From NCBI GenBank assembly GCA_964016885.1, contig OZ024742.1:157356001-157420000 (forward strand): 64,000 nt of DNA. Direction: 5' to 3'. The stretch comes from Eledone cirrhosa. Lineage: Eukaryota. Below, piece after piece: positions 13,324 through 28,697 of this stretch; positions within the stretch are counted from its first letter, which is position 1; every line of letters begins with the position of its first letter. The notes beneath the pieces are model-generated. The model saw only the letters and a program-made list of their open reading frames with translations. It made no database searches and was not told where the DNA came from. The position numbers and the translations under genes were made by a program.

Positions 13324-15660
13324 ATGTCTTGTATAATGTCTCCTATTGCCCAAATTGTTTCAAATGTTAATCACAATATGCTACTTCCTAATAAAGTTTA
13401 TAAACCTATGGATTTAGATTTGCATACGCCTAAATGAACATTTTTTTTTTGTCTGTTTATATCGTTTGGTCATATATGGTAATTGTTTAGACAGAGTTAA
13501 CACTATGCACATCGAGTATTTATGAAGGCATATAAAAAAAACAGTTATGCACAACATTAAATTGTTATATAAAAATAGCTAAATATACTGGCCTCTCTAT
13601 ATTCAGATGTAGGTAAATGAATGTAAGGAGCGTTTCTATTAAATGGTAGAGTTGAAATCTATCCGTTGTAATTAGATCATTATACCAGGTTCAACTAGAT
13701 ACCAGTGGAGGGATTATTTTTCATATCGACAGTGAACTGCAACCTCCATGAAAGATAGATATTAATTGGATATATTGCCAATATGCAATTCATATTTGAA
13801 TCGAATAAGGGGATATATCTGTAGTATATTCAGCACTTATTGCCACTTAGAGAAAATGATAATATGCTGAGGCACGATATATTATTCCCTTGTTTGCTGG
13901 TTTCCATTCAGCTCTAATAATCTTAATGAACCAGAATGTGACTAAGGGTATGAACATAACATTTTACATGGAAAAGAATCGAATGTCATAATGATGACTA
14001 TCAGTTTACATGTCAGTATTCAGTAAGTTCAGAATCTCATGAATCCGTATGCTCATATCTGTATATTTTCTATTTAGAGATAACGGTTCTAAAATTAATT
14101 TACACTCTTATCTAAAGATGGTTTAGTGTTTTATCTGAAGCAACGTCAGGTATAGCCATACCATTTTATATTATTACTTTTTTTTTTAATGGCATGCATT
14201 TTATTTGGACCTTGAGCAATGTATAGTAGTTGCATGGCGAGTATAACATTTATTTCCACAGAATCTCTATATTCGTTCTTTTTTGCCATTACCAATGGCA
14301 TTAATATTATTATTGAAAGGAAATAGTGACAATCCGGAAAAGGAACACAACGTGAAAATCGCTACCTGTGATTCTTTTTCTTGCTCCACTGCATTCTCAA
14401 CTGACACGTACCATATTATCGCAAAATGATATTCTTCTTCTATCTTTCTATAGCCTTAAGCTGAATTTCGCTGTTCAAATTTATTTTACTCAACTCCTTT
14501 AGTGGAAAATAAGATATTAACAATATGCTATTTAATATAAAAGGAATAACTAATATTTCATATTAAGAAAATACAAAAACAATTCCTCGTAAAATATTCT
14601 GGACAGTTTTGAAGTTTGTTTTGCATAATGATAATCGGCATTTCACCATATTAGGAATTGAATATGGAATACATAAAGTGCTTTTCAAAATAATGAATTC
14701 AACAACGCCTTAAAATGCAAAGTTAATAGGATTTCAATGGTTAATGTATAATAAAATATTGTAAAAGACCCTGAAGCAAGACATGTGTCATCCTTTGCAT
14801 GATAACGTCGTTATTTAAACCTTGACATATGACGAAATACTTTTGAGAAATGTGTATTAAGGAAATACAATCAACAGGCAATATTTCATCATTAATAACA
14901 TTGATTTCAAATGCCTTTTAATTTTGATTATATTATTGTTTATTTGCTGGATAGGGCAACCATTCTTCAGACATGCATGTTACATATACTAAAATATCAA
15001 GTAATTAATTGTATTAACTTCATATATCATGATCACCATCAGATCCACTCTAATAATTTGTTATATATCTATGATTATTACTATAATTATTTTTTGCTAT
15101 ATTCTTTAAAACACATGTCAAAATGCTATGTATAGAACATGCTTAAATTTTGATTTTGAGGAAATAGATTATAAATTATTTTATTCTTTTTTCCTTGATT
15201 TCCATATATTCCTTAATATATAATTAATGGTTTTACCACCGAAATATTCTTCTATAATAAATTCATATTATATCCTTTAAGCATCTTTCTCTTGCTGGTT
15301 CTACCTTTATTTCAGAAGAAAATTTAATATGTACGAATGCGGAATAGTGGTTCGAGTACAACCTCAGTAAATTACTAATTAAATCTTCTTCGAATCATCT
15401 CTCCCTCATTTTCACAATATGACCCTGCAAAAAATGATAATTTATATGCACAGGGGCATATATATTTAGCCTACGTATTATTCGTTTCACAGCGAATGTT
15501 CTTATATCAAAGCGTGTAATTATATCTACATCATGCTATAGTAAAATTCGTCTCATAGGTACAGATTTTTGTGATCCGGAAGCAATCACCGACGTGCGGA
15601 GGGTATGTGTTTATGGTTGACATAAACCAACCCACACAAACACTGAGACACTCAGTCACG

Positions 15661-15741
<81 letters not shown>

Positions 15742-15755
15742 TCGTGTGTGTGTGT

Positions 15756-15825
<70 letters not shown>

Positions 15826-15986
15826 GTGTGTGTGTGTGTGTGAAAGATTGAAGAATAACATGGCTGGCTGTACAAAAAGGGTTTTATTTATAGTATTAAC
15901 AATTGTTTCATTGATCAGGTGATTCTAAAGGTCGCTAATCACTCGAAGTTGAAGTTGCATAATTCGACCTTAAATACAGTGTTTGC

Positions 15987-16238
<252 letters not shown>

Positions 16239-17699
16239 ATCTCTATAGTTAATTTATTTGGCAATCAATGTTTATCATTGATTAACCAGAGGTTAAAAAT
16301 ACAGATATACCTATAATAATTCTATTTATAGTTATGTATATAGTATAAACAACTATAAACAGGAAGGTCAGTAATTTCTTAATTACCGTATTACCAGTAA
16401 GAGAAATAGCTCAATGTATGAACATCAGTTGCTTTACAGAGCAGTTAAATAAATTATACAATTATCAAAGTTGTGTTCAAATCATTTAATAGCTGACAAT
16501 CGTTTCTTCCAAACTCTCGTTTGCACATATAATTACCCTCCTATTCAACTGAACAATAATATAGATACATATAAATTGATGTTGTGAGCAACAGTTTCGT
16601 ATTTACTGGGTGGAATGGATGTGACATATATTTTACGAGAATTGTACAATGATTGTACAAACATTCAAGTTCAAATTCAAATCAAAATCAAAAGCATGGA
16701 GTGGAATACATGCAACAGTTAAAACAAGGGAATAGTCCAAATATTAAAGAAGCATTGAGGAAGCAGTTTTGAGAAAGGAACAGTGCGATAACAAATCATA
16801 TGCAGGCGTGTGGATAGTGTGACTGCGTAAGAGAAGGAGACAAGCAAAGCTATTATGCTTATATAGATGAATAAATACTGCAGTTGAAGCAAATATGTTA
16901 ATGTATTAGAGTCTATGGAGGGTGTTGAACGTTGATTGGTGTTCGAATTAATGTGTGTTGAGAAACATACAGTTTTTGCATATTTTCCATGACATATGTT
17001 GAATTAAATTTCAGTTAATGTTTATATTGAGTGTTTTAAGTTAGTTAGAGCAATGGATTGTAAATTAGTTTCAATGAATTCATATTCATAGACTATATTT
17101 GATCAACCGTTAAATTTTCAATCGTTAATTTCCGGAAGTGAATAAGGGGAGCTAATGCGTAAGGGGGGTAACTAGCTAATTAAGTTCAATTCAATTATTA
17201 AAGTTCTTTGTTCTAATACACAATATAATGTGATACCATTGGCTCTCTGTTACATAACCCTGTAAATTTATTTCTGATTTTAAATACAGTGTATTCTACT
17301 ATCATACATTAAAGGTTTCTTTAGATTTTTATCTATTCATTACTGGACAAGGTATATGTTATGAAGGATTATACACCTGTTAATATGTCATAGTAGATAT
17401 GCCATATGTGCAATAATATAATCCCTAATATAGAATGCTATTACATTTATTATATTTAATTATAAGTCTATATATACTTTATTACTAATATGCTGTGTAA
17501 TTTAAGCATTTAATTATACAATAACAAATGCACACATAGTTTATCATCACACATTACATTAAATGTCTCTACATACCAAGTGCCAAATATCCATTACTGT
17601 ATAAGATATAATTAATCTATTGTAGTTATATCACAAGGGGGTAACACTATGTCTAATTCTAATTGTTATTGCAGAGCATAAGGTTATAGATGAATAGGA

Positions 17700-19575
17700 G
17701 TTGTGTAGCGGAAAGTGTTGGTCGAGGGGTTTGTGGTTGTGGGCGCTTCTAAGCCCTAGATGTGTAGTGTTAATGGTGGTGGGGAATTCAAATCTGACAT
17801 TGTTTTATACTAAAAGCTAGGTTTAAAGTTATGGAACGAGTGTCGGTACCGTTGTTGGCGCGAGGGAAATGTCTCAGACTCTCTATTCAAGAGTTCTAGT
17901 TTCGAAAAGATTATAGTATGGGCCTCCAGAAGGCAGAGATTACACAATGTATACGGTGGTTTATATGATGAGGCCCTACCTACTACTTCCCATTGCAGTG
18001 TAAATGGTCTATTCCTAGATTTCAGAGAGAGTATGTGTAGCTACATAAAGAAGTGTAGCTGGCTAGATTGTGTTCCCTAAAGAGTGGAGGTGCGAGTTGT
18101 ATCTCGTCTTGAAGTTGTTCGAAGTAGATCTTATACATGTTTTAGAAGAGTTGTTTGCGTTGACGGTTCATGAGTAGATGATGTCTTTGGTTAAGCAATT
18201 ATTACCCAAGGGGCAAGTTCTATTAGTTCTACAGTTACATTTATTCCAGGTGTTAGCTTGCCGGTTCCTATGTTGTGAATAATTCTGGTTGCTAGGGGTA
18301 GCACTTGTATAATGATGCCTATCATTCGTATTGTTATTGATTTCATTAGTGCTATTATCATAATTACTATTATTACTACTATTGTTTACAGGTACTAAGT
18401 TTAATTCCTGTTGTGTTTTAATTAGTTGGAAATAGTTATTAATCTTCCTTTTATTACTACTAGCTATATGGTATGCTATGTTAGGTGTGGTGGAGTATGA
18501 TATTTTAATTGTATTTTTATTGATAAGTCTATGGTACTTGTGGCCGGTCGGGAAGTTTTTTCTAAGATTGAGAAGAAAGCCTTAGGCAAGTCAGTAGACG
18601 TTTAGTTTGAAAGGTGGATTGAAGAATGTATTAGTTCTTCTATTTTTGTTTATATTATTATTTTTTTTAGGTATCCATATCCCTGTTTAAATTATTATTG
18701 TGGTGTTTACTTTGGTGCGAGTTAAGTGTGGTATTAATCTTCGTCTTATAGTTATAGTGGCTAGTGTTTTTACTATTTTTCCTCATGGCCATATTATGAG
18801 AAATAATTTCTACTTTAGGCACAAGGCCAGCAAATACCCAGTGCATTACTGGTACTTTATTTTATCGACCCCGTAAGGGTGAAAGACAAAGTCAACCTCG
18901 GCGGGAGAAATAATATTGTAACTATGTGATTTTATAGGTAGGAATTCAATCTCATCCTCATGTCCTGATTTAGCTAAGGCCTCATTACAATATTGTGAAT
19001 TATTGTTAAATATAGTTTCATTATATGATGGTAATGGAGTTTAATATGGATTTAGGGTGGTTAGAGTTGGTGTTCACATAAATTAGTTTTTCGTTAGGTT
19101 TAAGATAGGGTGTCTATATTCTAGAGTCTAGGCTAAGGGTAGCGTCTAGGAAGTTGATATTTTTAGTGTTTTTATCTAAGGTGATACTTAAGTTGTAGTT
19201 TTTGAAAATTTTGTGTAAGTGTTTCTTAATTTTGCTATATTAAATTTGTTATAGTATATGAGAAGAAGCGCATCATCGCGGTATAAACCACCGTTGAGGT
19301 TGGGTAGGTTCTTATGGATTTCATTAAATAGGTATAGGCCCACCAAATCGGTGACCTGCTCTGAGTCACTAGATCCCATGGTTATGTCGAAGTTGTTATG
19401 CGTAACCTTGCGGGTCCATAATTGTTCTTCAAATGTGATTATGGTTTTTCGGGCCACAAGTATGACATCAATTTGGGATCTAGTCAGGTCACTATTGTTC
19501 ATGGCCATAATAAGAGCGTTATTTAATAGGATAGGGGAAATAGAGTTGTAGTAAGAATTGATATCAAATTGTGTT
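17700..19575 (-). mobile_element. Decayed Penelope-like element (RT core, linker, GIY-YIG)
   Basis: FDINSYYNSI, FDITMGSSDSEQVTDLVG, GGLYRDDALL in 19188..19715; downstream CNCRTNRTCPLGNNCLTKDIIYS*TV...[13 protein letters not shown]. Confidence 0.88.
18803..18905 (-). mobile_element. SINE fragment inserted in the PLE
   Basis: SINE core and tail; 10-bp duplication gagaaataat at 18798 and 18905. Confidence 0.8.
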
Positions 19576-19834
19576 TTTTTAATTATTTTTACACTCTTTA
19601 ATACCCTTGAACCATTTAATAACCTCACGCGTTTCCGTGTGTGTCTAATGCTTGTTGTGTGTGTTGGCGGTTGAGTATATGTGTTTTTGTTTTTGTATTC
19701 TGTCTTTATATACATATGTATTTAGCACAGCGAAAGACCACACACTCAAATATAATCCTACTATATTAGTACTACGAGAGAACTCTATTAGGCCTAGCAC
19801 TTCTCAATATTTTATTTCCGTCGACTTGAAGCTA

Positions 19835-19970
19835 ATGGCAGTATCGATAGAGGGTTGGCCGCCATGCTTACGTCCCTTTACGGTCTCAGTTCAAATTCCG
19901 TCGAGGTAAACTTTGCCTTTCATCTTTACGAGGTCGATAAAATAAAGTACAGGTAATGTACTGGGTAATT
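19835..19970 (+). mobile_element. Diverged SINE copy
   Basis: gttcaaattccgtcgaggtaaactttgcctttcatctttacgaggtcgataaaataaagtac. Confidence 0.7.
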
Positions 19971-20202
19971 GTGACAAAAGTATGAACACTTACTTTACTA
20001 TATTACTTATACTTCACAAAATACTTAATATCGTAACAAATAACTATCCATCTGAGATTGAAAATGTCATTTGTTTCATACATTATCTATCCCATACTTG
20101 TATATATAGTTTATCCTTCAGCAACCTACCCAACAACAGTATACAATATACAACACCTATCCAGATTACGCAACACACATATGAAATTGTGCCAAAAAAT
20201 GA

Positions 20203-20317
<115 letters not shown>

Positions 20318-20624
20318 TGAAGAGTGAGAGAGAGAAAAGAGAAAGAGAGTGAGAGAGAGGGAGAGAGGTGGAGTGAAAAAGAGAGAGAAGTGATAGGAAA
20401 TCCCTATCTTGATTTTACAACGTTTAAAGAATATTTGGAATCTGGCCTTCTATTATCATTGAAGTATATATAAATATGTACTTCACAGATATTTATAAAT
20501 AATTTAATAGCCCCACACGCAGAAAATAAATGTTAAAACACACGATTGCTTAGTAACTCGGATAAAATAGCCCTATTGAATGAAAGACGTGGCCAGGGTC
20601 TTGTCATGGTCATTCACACACACA

Positions 20625-20677
<53 letters not shown>

Positions 20678-20889
20678 TATCGGAGAAATCTATTAGCGAT
20701 ACTCCGGCCAAATCCCAACTCACTCCAGTCATTAGAAAATAAGTGAGTATATTCCTAATTAAACGTTCGGGGTGATAACTAATTGTATTGTGTGGAAAAT
20801 TGGCTGTATTATTTCATGAGATATATCAAATATATCTCTCCACAGACGGACGTCTCGTTTCATTATAAGATTCCTACAAGTTGGGTGAA

Positions 20890-20950
<61 letters not shown>

Positions 20951-21954
20951 AATATATATATAGGGAGATAGTGAGATAGTTAGATAGAGAGGAGAGAGAT
21001 CGAAAGAGAACGATAGATGAGAGATGACTATAAATTGTCATACACATACAAATCTCCTAACACACTCACAAGAATATATATATATATATATGTATATATA
21101 TATTTATTTTGTGTTTGTGCGTGTGTGTGTGTCTGTGTGTCCATATATGTGCGGGGTCATATGTTTAAACGTTGCAAATATACATGGGCAGGACTGTATA
21201 AAATGTTTACAATCATCTGCCCAAGGCATCAGAACCGTAAATTAATTTTAATTATTCCGATAAAAATTTATATTTGTGCCAATGTGTATGTTGAGGAATC
21301 TAGGAATAGTAACGAATTATTACAAGTGCAGAACATCTATTTATGCTTCTGTTTCTAAGTATTCACTAATCATTTATGAATAACAGTCTAACTGAAATCG
21401 TAGAATATCATAATGCTTATCAACCTTCAGGTAACTTTGTTGTCTACAAAGTTGCATGTGTTTCACCCTCCCTCTCTCTCCTTTCACAAATTCTGTCTAT
21501 TCATACGTTCTACGTTTGACATTAATCAACATTAGCTTTTATTAATAAATTAAATCAATCTAGTCAAATAAGTTTTATCAGGATCCATAATCCTCATAGT
21601 TGTGACTATATTTGTGATTGGGATGTGCGTATGGAAAGAGAGACTACTTCGTATGTCTGAAGATAAATGGCTTTGCACAGTCTTCAATATGGTTGCTACA
21701 AAGAAATATTAAAAATTGTGTGACTGGGAAAAGATATATATTCTTGAGTCTATTGGTTATACTAGCAGATGTTACAATGTTATCATTTGAATATATATAT
21801 ATATAGGAACGAGTAGGACCCCGACGGCTGAGCTCAAGCCGTTTCGACGGCTAATTCTGGTGTCCTTCTCGTTCCTATAACCCACTCTACTACCCTAAGT
21901 ATTAAGTACTTTGGTGCGTTATGGTCCACCTGGTTCCTTACCACATTTCCTTCG

Positions 21955-22039
<85 letters not shown>

Positions 22040-24401
22040 GGGACGATACAGTCCTTCTGCGAGCAAGTATTTTAGCATGATGTTGAATTATTATTTAAAA
22101 ATCAAATGTTTGGAACTTCTTTAGATGCGCTACATAAAATATATTTCTGTATACGTGGACTATATTCGGCATTATACTGAGAACACGGTCCCACATTGAC
22201 CTAGAGCATGATATAAAAGATCAACAAATATGAACTATTACGTTTTTAAACTGATTGAAGAAGGGAATCAAAATGCGTTTCCTAAAGGATACATACATTT
22301 CTGACCCATATTTAAAAGATAAAACAAATTTGTGTGCGTCAAGTTGATGGATGACGCCTTTGATTATTGTACAAATAATCGGAATTACAGAAGTTATGCA
22401 GATGAACATATTGCCGCTAGTGATGTTGCTGATCGTATATTTGCATGATATCTATGTTGGTGAAGTCAAGCGTGTTATGGTATAAGAAAGGAAGCATCAT
22501 CACAGTTCTGACCTCTCTTTAGAATTCAACCAGTCCAACCTTTATAAATCCAAGATATAATTAAATTTATTTCGTCCATGATTATTACATATATAAACAT
22601 ATGTTGGTATCCTAGAAACACATTATTTAATATGGGATTTTTCTAAATTTCGTGTGTATAATTTAAGGCTGACCTGGCTACTAGTTAATCCAGATATTCA
22701 CATTGGCTTACCGAGGCATATTGTGTCTCATTGTAATGGCAGGGTTATCTTTCGATGCTGAATGTTGTAAGTGTAATGTTGGTGATGTTATTTGTTCTGG
22801 TATGTATTGTATTATTTGGGTTCCTAGTTATTACATTTTATGTAATTTCAGTTTAAACAACTACCACCGAAACCTCCCGTAAACCTCTCAGGCATGTTTG
22901 TTCCTCCCTATCAGGATAACAGGAATCGTACTCATTTTTACGATACAAAGAAATATTCATGGATTTCCCTAGTAATACATCTCCCTGGAAGGAGAATGTT
23001 TACCATTGTAGGGGCGTGGTATTATTACTGGTTTGATAAATTGAAGACATAATTGTCACGACAATAATCTGCCTTGGAAATAATACAATTGAAATTCATT
23101 TCGAACCATATTCTGACATAGAAACAATTTAGCCTGGTGCGAATATAAAGTATAATTTCAATATCGTATTCATGTTTCCATCGGGGATGAACTCTTTCTA
23201 TAAGTTTAGTAATACATTTAGTAAATTTAGTAATATGTACTCTTAGAATATACTACCGCATCATGTTTCGACTGTGGTGTGTTCGTAAATATCAATTATC
23301 TCAAGGAATGGATTGCAACAGAAAATAAGCAATACAAAAGAATGTATTGAATATAACTTCAATATGTTTTATATCCTTTAATTTCTTCACGTGTGGTATG
23401 GGCTATTTGAACCAATGCATTATTCATTGGTGTCCAGAAAAGAAATAAAAATAAAAATAAAAAAGGTGAAAATATCACGTAGACATTTTTCATGAAAATA
23501 TTGAAGAAGCAATTACAGACACACCAATTACTATAATAGCAGGGCATTTTGTATCTTTTAAGACATTAAAAATCAATAACAGTGACTCAACCATATACAT
23601 ACGAAGAGACGCGCACACAGAGATTGTATACAGATACATATTAAAATATTCACACACACATATACACACAGACTCAAACACACACATACGCACTCACTCA
23701 CAACATACATACACATATATATTTGTATATATATATATATATGTATGTATATAATAGAGCGTTTTTTTGTGTATGTTCATATGTGTGTGCCTGTGTTTGT
23801 GTGTGATGTTTAGTTATTTCGATTGCTAGTTAGATGATTTCAATTATTCGAATTTCATGGAAATAGCTTGTTTATTGGAAGCAGAATCTGTCAATAAATA
23901 TAGCGATCTGATATATTAGATCAACGTAGATTCATTTTAAAATATGTGGGAAAGATATAAGCCATATTTTACTATACAGTAACAATAATTCCATACTATC
24001 GGTGGGCAATCAATGCTGCATTTTTTGAATTTTTACAATTATCTGTAGCAATTATTTGCGAAATGATATGTTGATGAAATGTTAAATAGTAATTCAAAAA
24101 CCTTCAACATTTCTTTTATTCTGTCACTCTTTCTATATTACTGCACCATATATTTCTATGATTTTTATTTATACATTAGGCGATTATATGTGATACACTA
24201 TGTGACAGGGCTAGGCAATATAATTTGAAGCACAATTCATCGCATTACCCAGCATATCTGACAATAGTTTAAATACATTGTGAAAATCATGTTTCCTATC
24301 CACAATATCATGCTTGCATATAATGAGATGAGATTTAGCAATGGAATTTATACCATACCAACTAACCCATTTGAAAACATTTCTCTTGTATTATACAGTA
24401 A

Positions 24402-24533
24402 ATAATTGTTTCTACTGTTTGACACAAGGCCAGCAATTACCCAGTGCATTACTGGTACTTTATTTTATCAAACCCCATAAGGATAAAAGGCAAAGTTAAC
24501 CTCCACGGGATTTGAACTCATAATTGCAAGGGC
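24402..24533 (-). mobile_element. SINE, 5'-truncated
   Basis: Reverse complement of SINE core and tail. Confidence 0.78.
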
Positions 24534-25756
24534 CAGTCATACATTCCACGCGTTTCTTACTGAGGGAATTGAGCCTTGTTCACAAGAAAATCAATCCAAA
24601 ATATTTTTTTAAATATCGCCGGCCAATAATGGTTCAGAATATTATATAATTATATATCATGCAACCTGTCCGCCAAAAACCTTGTCTGACATAACATACT
24701 CCGCCATAGAGGCCATTAAATTAAACGTAGTGTGCTCTTCGGGAGCTGCTGAATCAAAACTATGTACCATAAACTTTTTACTGATACAACCTAATTGTTA
24801 TAGATAGGCATCTTTCACTCAAATGCATCATAGTCTGCATTAGAATGTAAGCCGCATGCCTAAGGAAGTGTCTAGCTCCCTCCTTTAAATTCCACAATAG
24901 CTTCATATTTATTTGAAAAAATAGAAACAACAAATAACCGATAGAATGAAAATTGTGATCTAGTATAGCCACAAGGCTAGCAAATTTGTGGAAAAAGGCA
25001 AACATAACTATATCAATCCAGGGCTTAACTGATACTATATTGTAACAACCCCAGAAGTATGAACGGCAAGGTTGACATTGGTGGGATTTAAATCTAGAAT
25101 GCAAAAAATTAAATCAAATGCTATTTTACTCGATGCTCTCCAAATTCTGCTAATCTACACACTTCAGGGAATGGATATCACCACGAATACTTAATGTATA
25201 TAATAGATATATAATATATATTTAAGATCCAACTATATACGCATATCTAAGTAAAGAGTCCTTTACTGCTGTGTTAACTGGACATTTAACTAAATCATTT
25301 AGCAAGAACAACCATCATATTTTTAAAAACATTGATGTTGAGATGCATCATGATTTTAATAATGCTTCAATGCAGTACACCAAAAGCAAAGAATATATCG
25401 CCCAAATTCTTTATTCAAGGTCTGTTTGTCTCTTTCATAAAATAAATACTTTTTATAGTTTGATATTCATTGTACAAGCAGAATGAACGAATATATTATG
25501 GGGAATTAGTTTCGATTGTGTCACGAACTCACCAGGTAAAGTAACAAGAAACATTGTAGATATATATTTGTGGACCTGTGCCATTCAAAATGGCAGAAAT
25601 GACATTGTATGTATTTATCCTTTCGATTCTATGATTGATATGCAACACATACTAGGGTGGATTAATGGATATATCAACAAGCATATAAATTCGGAAATTT
25701 CCTTTTGATAAATTAATGTTTTACATATGAGAATTCACATACGTTTTGTTGATGTT

Positions 25757-25941
25757 TGGATTGGCAGTATCAGTGGAGGGTCGGACGCCATGCTTTTGCG
25801 CATAGAGTTATGCCCCTTTCCATTCTGAGTTCAAATCCCGCCGAGGTTAACTTTTCCTTTCATTCTTACGGGGTCGATAAAATAAAGTACCAGTAATGCA
25901 CTGGATAATTGCTGGCCTTGTGCCAAAAGTAGAAACAATTA
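25757..25941 (+). mobile_element. SINE, near full length
   Basis: Matches 11206-11397. Confidence 0.82.
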
Positions 25942-25974
25942 TATTATATACACACACATATTATATACATATAT

Positions 25975-26018
<44 letters not shown>

Positions 26019-26306
26019 AAGAGAGAGAGAGGATACACAGGCCATACAAGATTAAAAGTATGAGAGTTTTGGTGAAATACTTATTTAAAAAGTAAACATA
26101 TGGGCTAGAAACCAAGACATCGTAACTGAAATGTCAACTGTTTATTGCACCAATATTAAGGATACACACATTTGTATTTCTGTGTGTGAACAATTTATCG
26201 AGTTAAAACAGAGAAATATTTTCATGGAGATAATCGTAACTTCTCTGTCGACAATTGTTACTGTTAACGATGAGAACTCATGACAAAGAAAAGTAATAAC
26301 ATGCTG

Positions 26307-26446
26307 TTTAAAGCGACTTGGAGAGAATTAAATCAGCCTGGCGTCCGTCATATAATTGTGTTCATATAACATATATTAATATGTTATATGAACACAATTA
26401 TATAGTGGTTGCAAGGCTGATTCAATTCTCTCCAAGTTGCTTTAAA
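26307..26446. repeat. ~140-bp fold-back palindrome (MITE-like)
   Basis: tttaaagcgacttggagagaattaaatcagcc / ggctgattcaattctctccaagttgctttaaa with inner tataattgtgttcatataacat / atgttatatgaacacaattata. Confidence 0.85.
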
Positions 26447-26958
26447 TAATATTAATTCTAACAAACATTTTAAGTTAAACAATTATAATAACATTAAATA
26501 TCTTGGGGTGGGACAGAACAAAGGAGAGAAAATAAATAAAAACCCAGTCACTGGGGAGGTCACTGAATGTGTGACGAAAGAGATTTTCCAATATATAAAC
26601 ACCCATCCGGTTATCGAACCAACCAACCAATCGGAAATTTATAATAAATTGAAGTAAAAATCGTTATGTGCGTGTGTTTTTGGTGGCAGCATGACCCTTC
26701 CAAAATATACCAACGCACGTTTTCACATAAGAAATCTTGCAAAACAAATTCAAAAACGAAGTGTGTGTATATATAATTATATTAGAGCAAACATCACGAG
26801 CGTTCTATCTCAAAATTATTTTTGAAAAGCATTAGAAATGCGCAACCGGTAAAATTTAAAACCAAATCTGAATACTAACCAATACTATTACTAATTTTTA
26901 TTCCTAATTAAACTATTTTTAACCGGGAACAATTTGTCACCATTTTCTTTTCCTTTTA

Positions 26959-27057
<99 letters not shown>

Positions 27058-27100
27058 AAAAGCGAAGTCGTTTCAGATTTTCAAGTCTTTTAATAATAAT

Positions 27101-27174
27101 GCTGTGATATATATTTCAGAGGCGACAGTGGTCACACTGTTCCGTGCGCCAGTGTCGCGAGATCGTCAGACAGC
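27101..27174 (-). ncRNA. Type I hammerhead, family C, diverged copy within an inverted fragment (27057-27228)
   Basis: Minus: GCUGU CUGACGA ...GCGACA...UGUCGC... GAA AUAUAUAU C^ ACAGC. Confidence 0.72.
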
Positions 27175-28499
27175 TTTTTACATAATAAGGTTATGTTTCG
27201 GAGGCAATCCAAGTTGAATCGACATGGCATATATATATATATATATATATATGCCATGTCGTACCCGGCGATGTCCGGGTGTAAGTCGACCTTTAGTCTG
27301 TTAGAATGTGTGAAAGTTACTTCCCGCGCATTACAGGTTCGAAACTTCGAACTTCAATGGAAAAAAATAGGTTAATAGACACAGGTGTGTAATTTATTAA
27401 TTGTAGTTACACAGTGTATCGTTGAAATTGTTCTCTGCACGACTGACGGAAGTGAAAATCACTTGATATTGAATGTTCAGTTAATTTAAAGCAGGGTGAA
27501 AATGTCGATTACTTTCAGGGGTTTTTTTTTTTTACAATTTTTGCGCTCACATGTGCAGAAGAAGAATTAAAAGGGCCTTTATCTTAACCGCGGCATAATG
27601 GCGAGTCTTTTGTGACAGTTTTCAAGAATATAGGACGTTCCTGTAAAAAATTGTCCCATGTGTAACTCTGCCTTGTTTTTTTGCGCAAAGTCGAGCCCTG
27701 CTTCAGTTTTATTAATTTTTTACATCAATGCGTGATCTCTGAAGTAGATTTGAGTAGCTAAAAACCTGTCCCGGTAAATTTGCTATAGGTGAAAAAAAGT
27801 TGATCAAAATTGTATCTAGGGTTATTGCCCTTTGCCATAGCCTCAAGCCTCGTCTGACGGGATGTTGGTGATTCCTCCGTCAGCGCTTGTTGGCGACGAA
27901 GGCGAACATCAGCAAGCCGTGTCGTACGTGATGTTGGTGACTCAACCGGCCGGGAAAGACGTCTATCAGCGAGTCGAGATTCGCGCTCAGCAGGTGTTTC
28001 CTAGAGAAAATTAATCAATTCTACTGGTTAGCTAAGCCAATGGCAGTGTCAATAGTAAATGAGAAAAGTCTAACATGAACAAAAGGGAATCAAGGTAAGA
28101 CAATAAATTTAATATAACTACGATTAGAATGTTGTAGTTGCTTAAAAGTGGTGACAGTTAGGATAAACGCAGTACTTGCTAGCATTAAGGGAGAATATTG
28201 CATAAAGGATTAATCAATTGTGAATGAACTCATACCTGAGAACGCCTAATTCGTTGTCTCAAAGCAGTAGCTGTACCTTTTTTGGAGGTAAGTCTTGAAC
28301 GTTTCCGTGTGGGCATAACGACGTGTAACGAAGCTAGCTGTTAGGTTAGAGAGAGGTGATTAAATACAGAGAGAGATGACACCAGATTCGTTAGCATGGT
28401 TACTGGTGAATGGGAAGGTTTGGAAATATGATTACAATAACTTACCGAATGTTCCCGTCTATAAATTGCACTTATAATAATTAAATTTAATCAAAAAAC

Positions 28500-28697
28500 A
28501 GCTGTGCGCTTTATACTCCGGTGAGCCTTATGTATAAATAATACAATGGTAATCAATCACGGCTCTAACAGAAGTAATCGTTCTAGACTAAAAGTAAAGA
28601 AGATAGCATTTTCTTGTTGGCATTACACGCCGTTACGCGGACCTGATTTTAAATGATACGCCTTATATCCTGGTGAGCCTTATAGAGCGGAAAATAT
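28500..28697. mobile_element. Probable terminal region of a Tc1/mariner-superfamily (pogo/Tc2-like) DNA transposon
   Basis: Repeated gcctta subterminal motifs ending ggtgagccttatagagcggaaaata, resembling Tc2-type termini; no partner TIR confirmed. Confidence 0.35.
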
